Part shown: positions 29,767 to 40,270 of the stretch, in pieces
How the letters are laid out: each line of letters begins with the position of its first letter
Position numbering within the stretch: position 1 is the first letter of the stretch
From: Dehalococcoidia bacterium
Lineage (GTDB): Bacteria; Chloroflexota; Dehalococcoidia; Lucifugimonadales; UBA3495
Reading direction: 5' to 3'
Assembly (NCBI GenBank): GCA_965232835.1
Contig: OZ247426.1
Span: forward strand, 229,671 to 293,670
Length of the DNA stretch: 64,000 nt
Notes under the pieces: model-generated
Databases searched by the model: none
What the model saw: only the letters and a program-made list of their open reading frames with translations
What the model was told of the DNA's origin: nothing
Translations under genes and position numbers: made by a program

Positions 29767-31578
29767 CTAGGCCCGTCCTGCCGCGGTCTCAGGAGTCAGT
29801 GCGACGTCCAGCATCATCTCCTCCTGGGGGCGGAGCTGGAGCTCCAGTATCTCGTGGTAGATGCCTCCAATGGCATCCAGTTGCTCGTGGGAGCCCTGCT
29901 CCACGATACTTCCGCGGTCCAGCACGATGATGTGGTCGGCGTTCTGCACCGTGCTCAGGCGATGGGCGATGACGAAGGTGGTGCGCCCCTGCATAACGGC
30001 CACCATGGCGGCGTGTATCAGCCTTTCCGTTTCCACGTCGACGCTGGAGGTGGAATCGTCGAGGATGAGAATTGGCGGGTCGATCAAGACGCTGCGAGCG
30101 ATGGAAAGCCGCTGCCTCTGTCCCCCTGAGAGGGTGGTGCCACGCTCCCCCACCCATGTGTCATACCCGTTGGGCAAGCCCGTGATGTGGTCATGGAGCT
30201 GCGCCACCTTGGCCGCCCTGATGACGTCCTCCTCTGTTGCGCCCTGGGCGCCGTAGGCGATGTTGTCGCGAATCGTGGCGCTGAAGAGAAACACGTCCTG
30301 CTGAACGATGCCCACGTTGCGGCGCAGGGACTCCAGGGTAAAGTCGCGGACGTCTCTGCCGTCGATTGTGATCCTGCCGTCGCTCACCTCGTAGAAACGG
30401 GGTAGCAGGTTGACGATGGTGCTCTTGCCGCTTCCCGGCGCGCCAAGAATCGCGACTACCTGGTTCCTCTGGGCAGTGATGTCGACGTTACGCAGCGTTG
30501 GCGCCTGTTGATCGTAGCTGAACGAAACGTTGTCAAAGCGAACTGTTCCCTCGGCGCGTCCCAGTTCAACTGCGTCTTCCCTTTCCACCACAGGCGAAGG
30601 TGCGTCGAGCACATCGAACAGCCGCCGTCCGGAGGAAATGGCCCGGGAGAAGCTGTTGATAATGAATCCGGCCATCCGCACTGGGAAAGTCAACTGGTTC
30701 AGGAACAGCATGAACATGGCCAGTTCGCCGAAGGTAAGGTCGTGCCGCAGCACTTCCCAACCGCCGTACCAGAGGATCAACCCCAGGGCCAGGGTGAAGT
30801 AGAACGACATCCAGGCGCTGTTGGTGCCCTGCGTCCTCTCGGACAGGAAATATTCTCCTCGCAGTTGCCTTGCTTTGCGATCGTACTTTCGCTTCTCGAA
30901 CTCCTCCGAGGCGAAGGCCTTGACCACGTTCATTCCCACCAGGTTTTCCTGAAGGACGGTCACCGTTTCGCCCATGGTGATCTGGACCTGGGTCCACATG
31001 GTGCGGAGGCGGCTCATCACCCGCACGGAACGCACCAGGATGAACGGGATGAAGGCGAGGCTGATCAGTGCCAGTTCCCAGTTGATGAATACCAGAATTA
31101 TGGGAAGCACTGTAGCCCGCAGCCCGGCTTCAATGGAGCGGATCAGGCCCATGTTGACGTAACGGCGAATGGCCTCCACGTCCGCCGTGGCCTTGGACAT
31201 CAGGTCCCCGGTATGCTCACGGTCGTGGTAGGCGAAGCTCATGTGCTGCAGCTTGTTGTAGAAGCGGTTGCGCAGCACATACGAGACTTTTTGCGAAAGA
31301 GAGTCTGTAGTGTAGGTCCGGGCGAAATCGAACGCTCCCCGGCACAGGCTGGCTGCCAGGAGACCCACGGCGAACCACACCAGGGTTTCGGTGGAGGGAT
31401 TCAGCCAGATAAATGGCCCCTCCTCGCCATCGCGTCCGACCATGCTGTCGATGGCACTGCCGAACAGGGTCGGTATGAGCAGCGAGAATCCCACGGAAGC
31501 GGCGACCGTCACGTACGCCAGGATGAGGCGAGTACGGAACTGCCAGGTGATCTGATTTATGCGTAAAAGGATATCCAT
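29767..31578 (-). CDS. ABC exporter, fused TMD-NBD subunit
   Basis: GAPGSGKS, LSGGQRQ, ILDDST. Confidence 0.92.
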   Translation of the reverse strand: MDILLRINQITWQFRTRLILAYVTVAASVGFSLLIPTLFGSAIDSMVGRDGEEGPFIWLNPSTETLVWFAVGLLAASLCRGAFDFARTYTTDSLSQKVSYVLRNRFYNKLQHMSFAYHDREHTGDLMSKATADVEAIRRYVNMGLIRSIEAGLRATVLPIILVFINWELALISLAFIPFILVRSVRVMSRLRTMWTQVQITMGETVTVLQENLVGMNVVKAFASEEFEKRKYDRKARQLRGEYFLSERTQGTNSAWMSFYFTLALGLILWYGGWEVLRHDLTFGELAMFMLFLNQLTFPVRMAGFIINSFSRAISSGRRLFDVLDAPSPVVEREDAVELGRAEGTVRFDNVSFSYDQQAPTLRNVDITAQRNQVVAILGAPGSGKSTIVNLLPRFYEVSDGRITIDGRDVRDFTLESLRRNVGIVQQDVFLFSATIRDNIAYGAQGATEEDVIRAAKVAQLHDHITGLPNGYDTWVGERGTTLSGGQRQRLSIARSVLIDPPILILDDSTSSVDVETERLIHAAMVAVMQGRTTFVIAHRLSTVQNADHIIVLDRGSIVEQGSHEQLDAIGGIYHEILELQLRPQEEMMLDVALTPETAAGRA

Positions 31579-31645
31579 CTATCCCGCTGATTCGCACCGT
31601 CTTATCCGGACGATGCGGTTAATTTGTGATGGATTTGAGATGGCT

Positions 31646-33343
31646 TCACATCCGCTCGGGCGCATTCATGCCCATGAGTTCCAGTGAACGACGGAAAACA
31701 ATCTGGGCTGATTCCACCAGCTTCAGACGGGCGAGGGTTATGTCCGCGTCCTCTGAATTGGCAGAAATCACCCTGCAGTTTTCGTAGAAGCCGTGGAACG
31801 CCGTCGCCAGCTCCATGGTGAAATGGGGCAGGTGATGAGGCTCCAGGCTCTGCGCCATCTGCTGCACCAGTTCAGGCAGCCGCAGCATATGGCGAATCAG
31901 GCCCAGCTCGCTGGGATGCGTCAGGAGAGAAACGTCACCCCTGCTCCAGTCCATGTTGCGTTCCCGGGCCAGGCCCAGGATGCCTGCATTCCTGGCGTGG
32001 GCATACTGGACGTAATAGACTGGGTTCTCCGACGATTCCCTCTTCGCCAATTCCAGGTCGAATTCCATCTGGGTAGAGGGCGTGCGCGACAGGAAGAAAA
32101 ACCTGCAGGCGTCGCCACCCACCTCATCGGCCAGCTCTCGCAGCGTGATGAACTCCCCGGTCCGCTTAGAGGCCCGCACGACTTCGTCGCCCCTCTTCAG
32201 CGTTACCATTTGGGCGATCAGAATGGTGAGGCGGTCAGGATTGATGCCGAGGCCCTCGACGGCAGCCTTGACCCGGGGCACGTGCCCCTGGTGGTCGGCG
32301 CCCCAGATGTTCACCACCGAGTCGTAGCTGCGTCCCACGAACTTGTTGTGGTGATAGGCGATGTCTGACGCGAAGTAGGTGGGCTCACCGGTAGTACGGA
32401 CCACCACGTTGTCTTTCTCGTCGCCCAGCATGGTCGAGTTGAACCACAGGGCGTCCTCTCGCTTCGACAGGTAGCCCTGTTCACGCAACTGGCCCAGCGA
32501 TTCCTCGTACTCGCTCTGTCCTGAGCCGGTCGAAGGATCGAAAAGGGTCCGCTCGCTGAACCAGTTGTCGAACTCCACACCTATCTTGCTGAGGTCATCA
32601 CGGATGAGGCCGACCATTCTTTCGCGGGCCAGATCGCCGATTTCTCGAATGGCTTGTTCTTCCGGCAGTTCCAGGAACCTGTCCCCCACGGATTCAGCGA
32701 TCTCCTCGGCGAGTTCGAGGATGTACTCGCCCACGTAGCCGTTGGAAGGCATCTCTGCTTCCTGTCCGTAGTGCTGCCTGTAACGGGTCAGCACCGACCG
32801 GTAGAAGGCCTCCATCTGGCTGCCGGCGTCGTTGACGTAGTATTCCCGGGTGACCTGGTAGCCTGCCGCCTCGAGCACGTTGGCCAGCGCGCTGCCCAGC
32901 ACTGCGCCGCGGGTGTGGCCGACATGGACCGGGCCGGTGGGATTGACGCTGACGAATTCCACCATCACCTTGCGGCCCTGGCCGCCGGCCACGTTGCCGA
33001 AAGATGCGCCGGCGCTGCGTACCTCGTCCACCTGCTGCTGCAGCCATGCGTCTTTCAGGCGAAAGTTGATGAACCCTGGAGCCGCTGCTTCCACCTGGCC
33101 GATGGAAGCGCTCTCGGGGGTACGCGCTACCAACGCCTGGGCAAGCTCCAGGGGATTGATCCGGGTGGCACGGGCCAGCCGGAGGGGAAGGTTGGTGGCG
33201 AAGTCTCCATGCTCGGGATTTCCGGGGTGTTCCACCTGGATGTCCGGCATGGTCTCCAGACGGACGACTCCGTCATTTCGAGCGGTTTCAACGGCTTGGG
33301 CAACCAGGTGTCGTACGCTCTCAATCACCGGGGTAGTCGACAT
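31646..33343 (-). CDS. argS: Arginyl-tRNA synthetase
   Basis: VEFVSVNPTGPVHVGH, YVNDAG, GADHQG, NPVYYVQYAHAR; start placed at MSTTP. Confidence 0.97.
   Translation of the reverse strand: MSTTPVIESVRHLVAQAVETARNDGVVRLETMPDIQVEHPGNPEHGDFATNLPLRLARATRINPLELAQALVARTPESASIGQVEAAAPGFINFRLKDAWLQQQVDEVRSAGASFGNVAGGQGRKVMVEFVSVNPTGPVHVGHTRGAVLGSALANVLEAAGYQVTREYYVNDAGSQMEAFYRSVLTRYRQHYGQEAEMPSNGYVGEYILELAEEIAESVGDRFLELPEEQAIREIGDLARERMVGLIRDDLSKIGVEFDNWFSERTLFDPSTGSGQSEYEESLGQLREQGYLSKREDALWFNSTMLGDEKDNVVVRTTGEPTYFASDIAYHHNKFVGRSYDSVVNIWGADHQGHVPRVKAAVEGLGINPDRLTILIAQMVTLKRGDEVVRASKRTGEFITLRELADEVGGDACRFFFLSRTPSTQMEFDLELAKRESSENPVYYVQYAHARNAGILGLARERNMDWSRGDVSLLTHPSELGLIRHMLRLPELVQQMAQSLEPHHLPHFTMELATAFHGFYENCRVISANSEDADITLARLKLVESAQIVFRRSLELMGMNAPERM
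32517..32536 (-). repeat. CCTTCGACCGGCTCAGGACA mini-repeat inserted in frame in argS (encodes PSTGSGQ)
   Basis: Same motif as the insertion in istB at 53484-53501. Confidence 0.65.
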
Positions 33344-33711
33344 AACCTTGGAATCCTCGTGCGCGTCGGCGTCGCCGTGAGTGTTTGCAGAAGGCGGAAA
33401 TACTGCCATGTCATGCTCATTCCGCAGGGAAAAGGTAATTCTATCACATTGGTCTCATTCAAAAGGGCTCTCGGAGAACCCGCGAATGCCGGGTTTGTGC
33501 GGGAAAAGCATCAGATGCACTTCTCGATGCAGCAAACTACGGATTCTGACGCCGGTCACGGGTGGCCAACTGCTCGATATAGCGCCCTGCGGCAGTTCAA
33601 TCGGCGCGGCTGAGAGTATAAAGTTTCATGTATAAAGCCTCGGCATCGGGAATTGCCGGCTCCTCCCGGCTTCCGGGCAAGTTGCCGAAATCGACCTGAC
33701 ACAGGGGGAAC

Positions 33712-35130
33712 GTGTCGGAAAAGTTTGTCGAAACAGAAGGACAGGCTCCTCCCGAGACCCTTCAGGTCGAACAGGGAGATACCCAACCGGGACAGACGGC
33801 ATTTGAGCGCGCTCGGCTGCTCGAACAAATGATGGAGGACGACCAGCCCGAGGCCGTGTCCGACCTCTTCCTCCAGTTGCATCCCTTCGATCGCGCTGAG
33901 GTGGTGACCGAGCTGCGGGGTGGCCTGCGGCGATACCTGGCCCGCGAAATGGCAACTGAAACCGTCGCCGGCCTGCTCGAATATATGGAGCCACGCCTGA
34001 CCGCGCGGATGCTCCGCAATCACAGCCCCCGGGAATTGGCAGCGGTTCTGGACCTCGCGGACCCGGCCTCCGCCGCGGAGGTGCTGGAACTCCTTCAGGG
34101 CGAAAGACGGCTCGAAACTATAGAAGCCATGTCTGCCTCGGTTCCTGTGGAGACCCTGCTGCGCTACGAGGACGGTACGGCCGGAAGGCTGATAGACCCT
34201 GCGATACCCGCATTCCGCGAAAACACGACCGTTCCCATCGCCCTGGACCGCCTGCGACTGATGGGAGATGCCGCCGAGGAGGTCCACTCACTGCCAGTGA
34301 TTAACGGGGAGGGAGTCCTGATCGGGACGGTCAAGCCAGTGAGGCTGGCCCTGGCCCGGCCTAACTCAACGGTGGCCGACATAATGGACCGGGACCTGAC
34401 GGCGGTTTCGGCCTCTGCCGACGAGGAACTGGCGATCCAGCTGATCGGGCGCTTCAAGGTCAGCGATCTGCCGGTGGTGGAGGATGATGGCCGGCTGGCT
34501 GGCTTGATCCATGCCGAAGACGCCGTGGAGGTGGTGCAGGAGAACGCAACCGAGGACATGTTCCGCATGGCCAGCATCGGCGAGGAACGGATCACGGGCC
34601 CGTTGACGGACTCGGTACGCAGCCGGTTTCCCTGGCTTGCAGTGAACCTGGTTACCGTATTCTGTGCGGCAATAGTCATCGGAATGTTCGAGTCCACCAT
34701 CGCCAGGGTGGTGGCACTGGCAGCATTCCTCCCCATAGTGGCTGGCCAGGGAGGTATCGGTGGCACACAGACCGTTACGCTGGTGGTGCGCAGCCTGGCC
34801 ACCGGCGAACTCCCCCGGCAGATGGGACTGCGGCTGCTGCGGCGGGAGATTGTCCTGGGACTGATCCACGGGGTTGTGCTGGGAGTAATCATAGGGGGTA
34901 TCGGCTGGCTCTGGAAGGGCAATCCCATGCTGGGGCTGGTCCTTGCCCTGGCGATGACTGGCAACATGGTGGTTGCCTCGGTGGCAGGCGCCGGGGTCCC
35001 GCTGCTGCTGCGACGCCTGCGGATGGATCCCGCGGTATCGGCAGCGGTGTTCGTCACCACGTTTACCGACGTAATTGGATTTGCACTTTTCCTCGGCCTT
35101 GCCGCCGTTTTCATCGAATTCCTGGTGTAG
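33712..35130 (+). CDS. mgtE: Magnesium transporter MgtE
   Basis: N-domain, CBS pair, RFPWL, GGIGGTQ, DPAVSAAVFVTTFTDVIG. Confidence 0.92.
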   Translation: MSEKFVETEGQAPPETLQVEQGDTQPGQTAFERARLLEQMMEDDQPEAVSDLFLQLHPFDRAEVVTELRGGLRRYLAREMATETVAGLLEYMEPRLTARMLRNHSPRELAAVLDLADPASAAEVLELLQGERRLETIEAMSASVPVETLLRYEDGTAGRLIDPAIPAFRENTTVPIALDRLRLMGDAAEEVHSLPVINGEGVLIGTVKPVRLALARPNSTVADIMDRDLTAVSASADEELAIQLIGRFKVSDLPVVEDDGRLAGLIHAEDAVEVVQENATEDMFRMASIGEERITGPLTDSVRSRFPWLAVNLVTVFCAAIVIGMFESTIARVVALAAFLPIVAGQGGIGGTQTVTLVVRSLATGELPRQMGLRLLRREIVLGLIHGVVLGVIIGGIGWLWKGNPMLGLVLALAMTGNMVVASVAGAGVPLLLRRLRMDPAVSAAVFVTTFTDVIGFALFLGLAAVFIEFLV

Positions 35131-35171
35131 GATAGACCTCTGCAAAATAACAATCTGGAGCGAGGGCACCG

Positions 35172-35888
35172 ATGCCAGGTACGATTGCACTGGTTGGGGG
35201 GGACGAATTCCGAATAGGGTGCGAAGGAATGGACCGGGAAGTGATGCGCGCTTCCGGCAAGGATCCTGTCAGCGTGGTTATCATTCCTACCGCGGCAGTG
35301 ACCGGCCCCGCCAAGGCCGCCAACGACGGCGTCACTCACTTCTCGGCCCTGGGGGGCAACGCCAGCCAGTTGATGGTGCTGGAGAGAAAGGACGCCAACA
35401 ATCTGAAGATGATTGCGGCGGCGCGCGATGCGGACGTTGTGTATTTCACTGGCGGGAATCCCGAACACCTGCTGTCCGCCCTGCGCAACTCGGCGCTTCT
35501 CTGGCTGCTGAAGGAGGAGATGGAACGAGGGTTGGTATTGGGAGGCTCGTCGGCAGGGGCAATGGTGATGGGATCGGTTATGCGGCGCCCCCCGCTGGAC
35601 TCGAATCCCGGCGGCGGCGACGGAAGGGACCGATGGGTGGAGGGCCTCGGCATTGCGGGCAATGTCTGCGTGCTGCCCCACCACGAACGGCGTAATCCCG
35701 CCGAGGTGTACTCGGAGTTGCGGTGGTCTGCTCCGGAGGGAATCGTCTACCTGGGCATTGATGCGAGGACCGGCGTGGTGGGCCATCCGGGCAACTGGCG
35801 GGTGAGCGGATTCGGGAATGTCGTGGTTTACCGGGGCAGCGACTACGAGGTCTTTACTACGGGGGACCGGCTCCCATCGGGGTTCTGA
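35172..35888 (+). CDS. Peptidase S51 / cyanophycinase-like protein
   Basis: IIPTAA, YFTGGN, GGSSAGA, LPHH, GIDART. Confidence 0.8.
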   Translation: MPGTIALVGGDEFRIGCEGMDREVMRASGKDPVSVVIIPTAAVTGPAKAANDGVTHFSALGGNASQLMVLERKDANNLKMIAAARDADVVYFTGGNPEHLLSALRNSALLWLLKEEMERGLVLGGSSAGAMVMGSVMRRPPLDSNPGGGDGRDRWVEGLGIAGNVCVLPHHERRNPAEVYSELRWSAPEGIVYLGIDARTGVVGHPGNWRVSGFGNVVVYRGSDYEVFTTGDRLPSGF

Positions 35889-36040
35889 ATGCCGGGTTTG
35901 CTAGACCGGTCTCACTGTCCCGGAGCGAGCTTGATATTTGACTACAAACTCTGACTTTCAAGATGACGCTCAATTCATTAGAAGCGCCCTCGGCCCTTCT
36001 CCCGGAAGGTGAGGGCGTCGTAATGCTTCGCCGAAAGGCT

Positions 36041-36661
36041 CTAGCGGCGCCGCCCGCGTAGTTCCTCCCATACCTGCTCCGGCTTGACCCCCGATGCTGC
36101 CATCAGCACCATTGTGTGGTACATCAGGTCGGCGATTTCCGATGGCAGGTGCTCAGTGTCGCCCTGGGCGGCGGCCAGGGCCGTTTCACCAGCTTCTTCG
36201 ATCACCTTCTGGGCTATCCGGCCAACACCTTCCTGCAGCAGCTTCACGGTGTAGCTACCCTCGGGCATCTCCCGCTGCCGGTCCTGTACCATCGCGTACA
36301 ACTCGCCCAGAACTCCCGGGCCCCTGTCGGTGTCCTCGTACTCCTCCGGGAGGCCATCCATCGGCGTGAAAAAACACGATGTGTTGCCGGTGTGACAGGT
36401 GGGCCCATCCGGGTCTACCTTAAGGAGTATGGTGTCGCCGTCGCAATCCAGCCAGGCCTCCCGCAGGTTGAGATAGTTGCCCGACACCTCGCCCTTGTGC
36501 CAGAGGTCTTCCTGGCTGCGACTGTAGAACCAGACCTGGATGCCCTCGACTGTGCGCTTGATGGATCCCGGATTCATGTAGCCCAGCATCAGCACGTTGC
36601 CGGTGTTGACATCCTGCGCAATGGCCGGAACCAGGCCCTGTTCATTTAGTTTTACCTTCAT
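36041..36661 (-). CDS. hisIE: Bifunctional phosphoribosyl-AMP cyclohydrolase / phosphoribosyl-ATP pyrophosphatase
   Basis: GLVPAIAQD, DCDGDT, CHTGNTSCF, SYT, KVIEEAGE; true start is MKVKLN, and the tracked ORF's upstream extension is spurious. Confidence 0.95.
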   Translation of the reverse strand: MKVKLNEQGLVPAIAQDVNTGNVLMLGYMNPGSIKRTVEGIQVWFYSRSQEDLWHKGEVSGNYLNLREAWLDCDGDTILLKVDPDGPTCHTGNTSCFFTPMDGLPEEYEDTDRGPGVLGELYAMVQDRQREMPEGSYTVKLLQEGVGRIAQKVIEEAGETALAAAQGDTEHLPSEIADLMYHTMVLMAASGVKPEQVWEELRGRRR

Positions 36662-36717
36662 ACCAACACTTATCCGTTCTAGAAATCTGGAGTCTCCGGT
36701 AGTAATTTTCCGGGGAT

Positions 36718-37440
36718 TCAGCGCGAAGAAATGGTACCGGAACGAATTCCATCGAGGATTGGCGGTAGCTCCGCCAGGCTGGTGACCGCGTGGCTCGGCG
36801 CGGGCAGGTCGTCGCGCAAACCCCGGTCTCCACGGTCCATCCACACGGCGTACATACCGACTCCTCGGGCTCCGTGGACGTCCTCGTAGTGGCGGTCGCC
36901 CACGTAGACCGCTTCCACGGGCTGCAACTTCAGCTGGGCCAGCATTTCGCGAAACAATTCCGGCTGGGGCTTGTAGCTGCGCGCCATTTCCGACGACAAG
37001 ACGACATCGAATTCCAGGTCCAGCAGTTCGAGATTGGGCAAAAGAAAGCCATCGTCCGCGTTGGAGAGAACGGCGGTGCGATAGTTCTCCTGGATTTCTC
37101 TCACCACAGACACGGTCTCTGGAAACGGCTCGCGCCGGGACAGATCGCCGAAAAATCGCCTGGTGGCGGTGTCTGCATCGCCCGGAACTCCCAAGGCCTG
37201 GAAGGCTAACTCGAAACCGCCTGCCCATGCGTCGAAATAGGTCTGGAATGGCAGGGATGGATCGGTACGACGGTCGCGGAATCGCTCCTCAGACTCGTGC
37301 CAGCCCTCCCAGAGCTGCTCAGCGGTGATGGGCAGCTCCTGGTCCTCGATTATGCTGCTGAAGCTTCGATGCCATTGTCCCCTGGGGTCCTGGACCAGGG
37401 TCTGGTACATGTCGAAAATGACTGCCTTGATTTCTGACAC
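36718..37440 (-). CDS. HAD-superfamily hydrolase
   Basis: FDMYQTL, LSN, YKP, YVGD..EDV. Confidence 0.88.
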   Translation of the reverse strand: MSEIKAVIFDMYQTLVQDPRGQWHRSFSSIIEDQELPITAEQLWEGWHESEERFRDRRTDPSLPFQTYFDAWAGGFELAFQALGVPGDADTATRRFFGDLSRREPFPETVSVVREIQENYRTAVLSNADDGFLLPNLELLDLEFDVVLSSEMARSYKPQPELFREMLAQLKLQPVEAVYVGDRHYEDVHGARGVGMYAVWMDRGDRGLRDDLPAPSHAVTSLAELPPILDGIRSGTISSR

Positions 37441-37508
37441 TCAACACCCTCTATGCGACTTGGTTGTATTTGTCCACCTCAACCGGGCTGGGGCGCCTTG
37501 CCTGCGAA

Positions 37509-38336
<828 letters not shown>

Positions 38337-38503
38337 AGCCGAGCCACAACTCCTTCGAGGAATGCTGGGAGACTGCTACGAAATCCGGTGAAAGTATATC
38401 ACTGCCCGACGCGTCGATGGCGGCGGTTGGCTAGTCATGTTGCTTGGGCTAAAATGGCCTTGGTCACGCAGAAATAGAAAAGCGACGAGAGAGGAGATTT
38501 GCT

Positions 38504-38899
38504 ATGGCACTGACATTGGCCGAGGCTAACAGAGTGGTGGAGGGCGCGGTAGCGGCTGCCACGGAAATGGGGATCAAGATCAACGTTGCGGTGGTTGATG
38601 CCGGGGGCCGCCTGTTGGCCTTCAACCGCATGGACGGCGCGATCTGGGGAGGGGCTTATGGCTCCCAGGGCAAGGCAGTGGCCAGCGCGGCATTCGGTCG
38701 CTCCAGCGGCGAGCTGCAGGAGCGGGCAAGCACTCCAATAATTTCAGGCATCCTTGCCGCGGAAGGTGGGCACGGCATTCCCAGCCAGGGCGGCTTGCCC
38801 ATAATCCGCAACGGCGCAGTAGATGGAGCCGTCGGCGTTGGCGGTGGCACCAGCCAGCAAGACGAGGATTGCTCAGCGGCCGGTATTGCCAAGCTGTAA
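38504..38899 (+). CDS. GlcG/HbpS-family heme-binding protein
   Basis: VAVVDAGG, RMDGA, KAVASA, GGLPI, GAVGVGG, QDEDC. Confidence 0.88.
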   Translation: MALTLAEANRVVEGAVAAATEMGIKINVAVVDAGGRLLAFNRMDGAIWGGAYGSQGKAVASAAFGRSSGELQERASTPIISGILAAEGGHGIPSQGGLPIIRNGAVDGAVGVGGGTSQQDEDCSAAGIAKL

Positions 38900-38930
38900 G
38901 GTGCAGGGAATATCCGTCCAGGCTTGTTCC

Positions 38931-38954
38931 AGGGGCGCACGACCGTGCGCCCTA
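38931..38954. repeat. REP-like palindrome AGGGGCGCAC-gacc-GTGCGCCCTA
   Basis: Nearly identical to the 9244 copy; contains the TAG stop of the cyclase gene. Confidence 0.6.
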
Positions 38955-39713
38955 ATTGTTTGCCAGAGGGCCAAACGCGGTTACGGCGGCTGGACTGCCA
39001 CTGCCGCCCACCAGCCGAAGCAACCCGATTACCACTACAGCCCCAGTGGCAGGCAACTGGCCCAGGTTGGTGAGGTTCTCCAGCACTATCCTTGGCTGAG
39101 CCAGGACGAGCCTGCTGACTGACAATTCGGTGTCAGCTCCAGGCTCGATTCCCGCCGTGTCTGTTCCGAGGCCAGCGACGCCTCTTTCGCTGACCAGAAG
39201 TGCTGCTGCTTCATACCCAAATCCCGGAAAGTGCAGGCCGCCGTTGCGGTCCGGGCCTAGGTATTTCCCTGAGTCCGGCCATCGTTCCGACCAGCCCGTG
39301 CGCAGAAAGACCAATGTCCCAGGCGGTACCCTCGTGTGTCGCTCCTCCCAGGCCAACAGGGCATCGACGGTCAGGGTGTAGTCCGGGTCGCCGCCACAAT
39401 GTTCAACGACGTCGATAACCACGACGGGATACACAAGCTCGTCTGCGCTGTACTGGTCCACGGTTCTGCCGCCGCTGTAATAGCTGGCGGGAGCGGTGAG
39501 GTGGGTCCCTGAGTGTTCGCCCAAAGTGAACCGGCGTAGAGAGTAGCCTGCCCTGCCTAAATCGGACCACGTCTCGAATTGCGTCGGAGGGTCACCGGGC
39601 CAGTGGGGCATGTCCGGAGACATGGGGTGGCTGAGGCTGATCACCCTGCACTGAGAAAGGGCCCCGAGAGAATCGAGACCCTTTCCGTCTGATGCCCCTG
39701 ACGACACTCCCAT
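38952..39713 (-). CDS. Cyclase-family (kynurenine formamidase-like) metallohydrolase
   Basis: GEHSGTHLTAP, LRTGW, GTDT, LENL, GSGSPA. Confidence 0.88.
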   Translation of the reverse strand: MGVSSGASDGKGLDSLGALSQCRVISLSHPMSPDMPHWPGDPPTQFETWSDLGRAGYSLRRFTLGEHSGTHLTAPASYYSGGRTVDQYSADELVYPVVVIDVVEHCGGDPDYTLTVDALLAWEERHTRVPPGTLVFLRTGWSERWPDSGKYLGPDRNGGLHFPGFGYEAAALLVSERGVAGLGTDTAGIEPGADTELSVSRLVLAQPRIVLENLTNLGQLPATGAVVVIGLLRLVGGSGSPAAVTAFGPLANN

Positions 39714-39776
39714 CTCCTCACTTCAGTTCGGGACGACCGTGCAGTGGATTTGGTGTCTGCGGGCCGCTCTACGCAG

Positions 39777-39980
39777 CTACGCGGACCTGAGCCCTGCCGA
39801 CAGCCATCCGGCCTCCGACACCCTCTGCCTCACGACGTCGTGATCGACCCAGCGCATCGCGGAGCGGGGATTGTTCTCGAAGGCCACCGCCGTGCGCCCC
39901 GGCAGCCTCCCCTCCACAGTGCAGCCGGCATTGGGAGATTCCACCTTGCTGATGACGTAACCCCGGTAAAAGATTTTCAT
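39777..39980 (-). CDS. Hypothetical 67-aa protein
   Basis: ATG start with upstream GAGG; lies in otherwise intergenic space; no family recognised. Confidence 0.35.
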   Translation of the reverse strand: MKIFYRGYVISKVESPNAGCTVEGRLPGRTAVAFENNPRSAMRWVDHDVVRQRVSEAGWLSAGLRSA

Positions 39981-40099
39981 GACGAGCCTCGAAAATTAGA
40001 AATATTGCAGCCCCGGGACCGTCCCGGACGACGGTAACACCGTCGCGTGAATGACGCATATATGTTCTAATCAATTGGCTGCCCCGGTCAACTGCCTTC

Positions 40100-40262
40100 T
40101 GTCATCAAATTTCCGACCCAAATAACCGCCGGGAAACCAGCTGTACTTGAATGCCAAGTTCCTTGGTTGCGGAAGGCCTCAGCGGGGGCTGGAGTCCTCG
40201 ATTCGGCACGTCCGCCGCCGCATTAAACGATGGGGCAAGGAACGGCTTCAGCGGACCGACAG
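40100..40262 (-). ncRNA. ssrS: Probable 6S RNA
   Basis: Ends pair into a rod (5' CTGTC..TCCG..CTGAAGCCG with CGGT..TTTGG..CGGA..GACAG 3'). The 3' half AACCAAGG..TTCAAG.TACAGC..GGCGG resembles 6S RNAs. Lies just downstream of hisS. Boundaries approximate. Confidence 0.55.
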
Positions 40263-40270
40263 GCTCTTGC

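Noticed and set aside
33344-33711. T-box riboswitch upstream of argS (and of hisS)
   Set aside because: No T-box consensus or antiterminator recognised; the hisS promoter lies too close to the start codon.
36662-37228. Long N-terminal extension of hisIE in the ORF track
   Set aside because: It overlaps the HAD gene on the same strand; HisI homology starts at MKVKLN (36661).
39787-39805. CCTGAGCCCTGCCGACAG as a third copy of the PSTGSG mini-repeat
   Set aside because: Only a partial match, lacking the CGAAGG end; could be chance.
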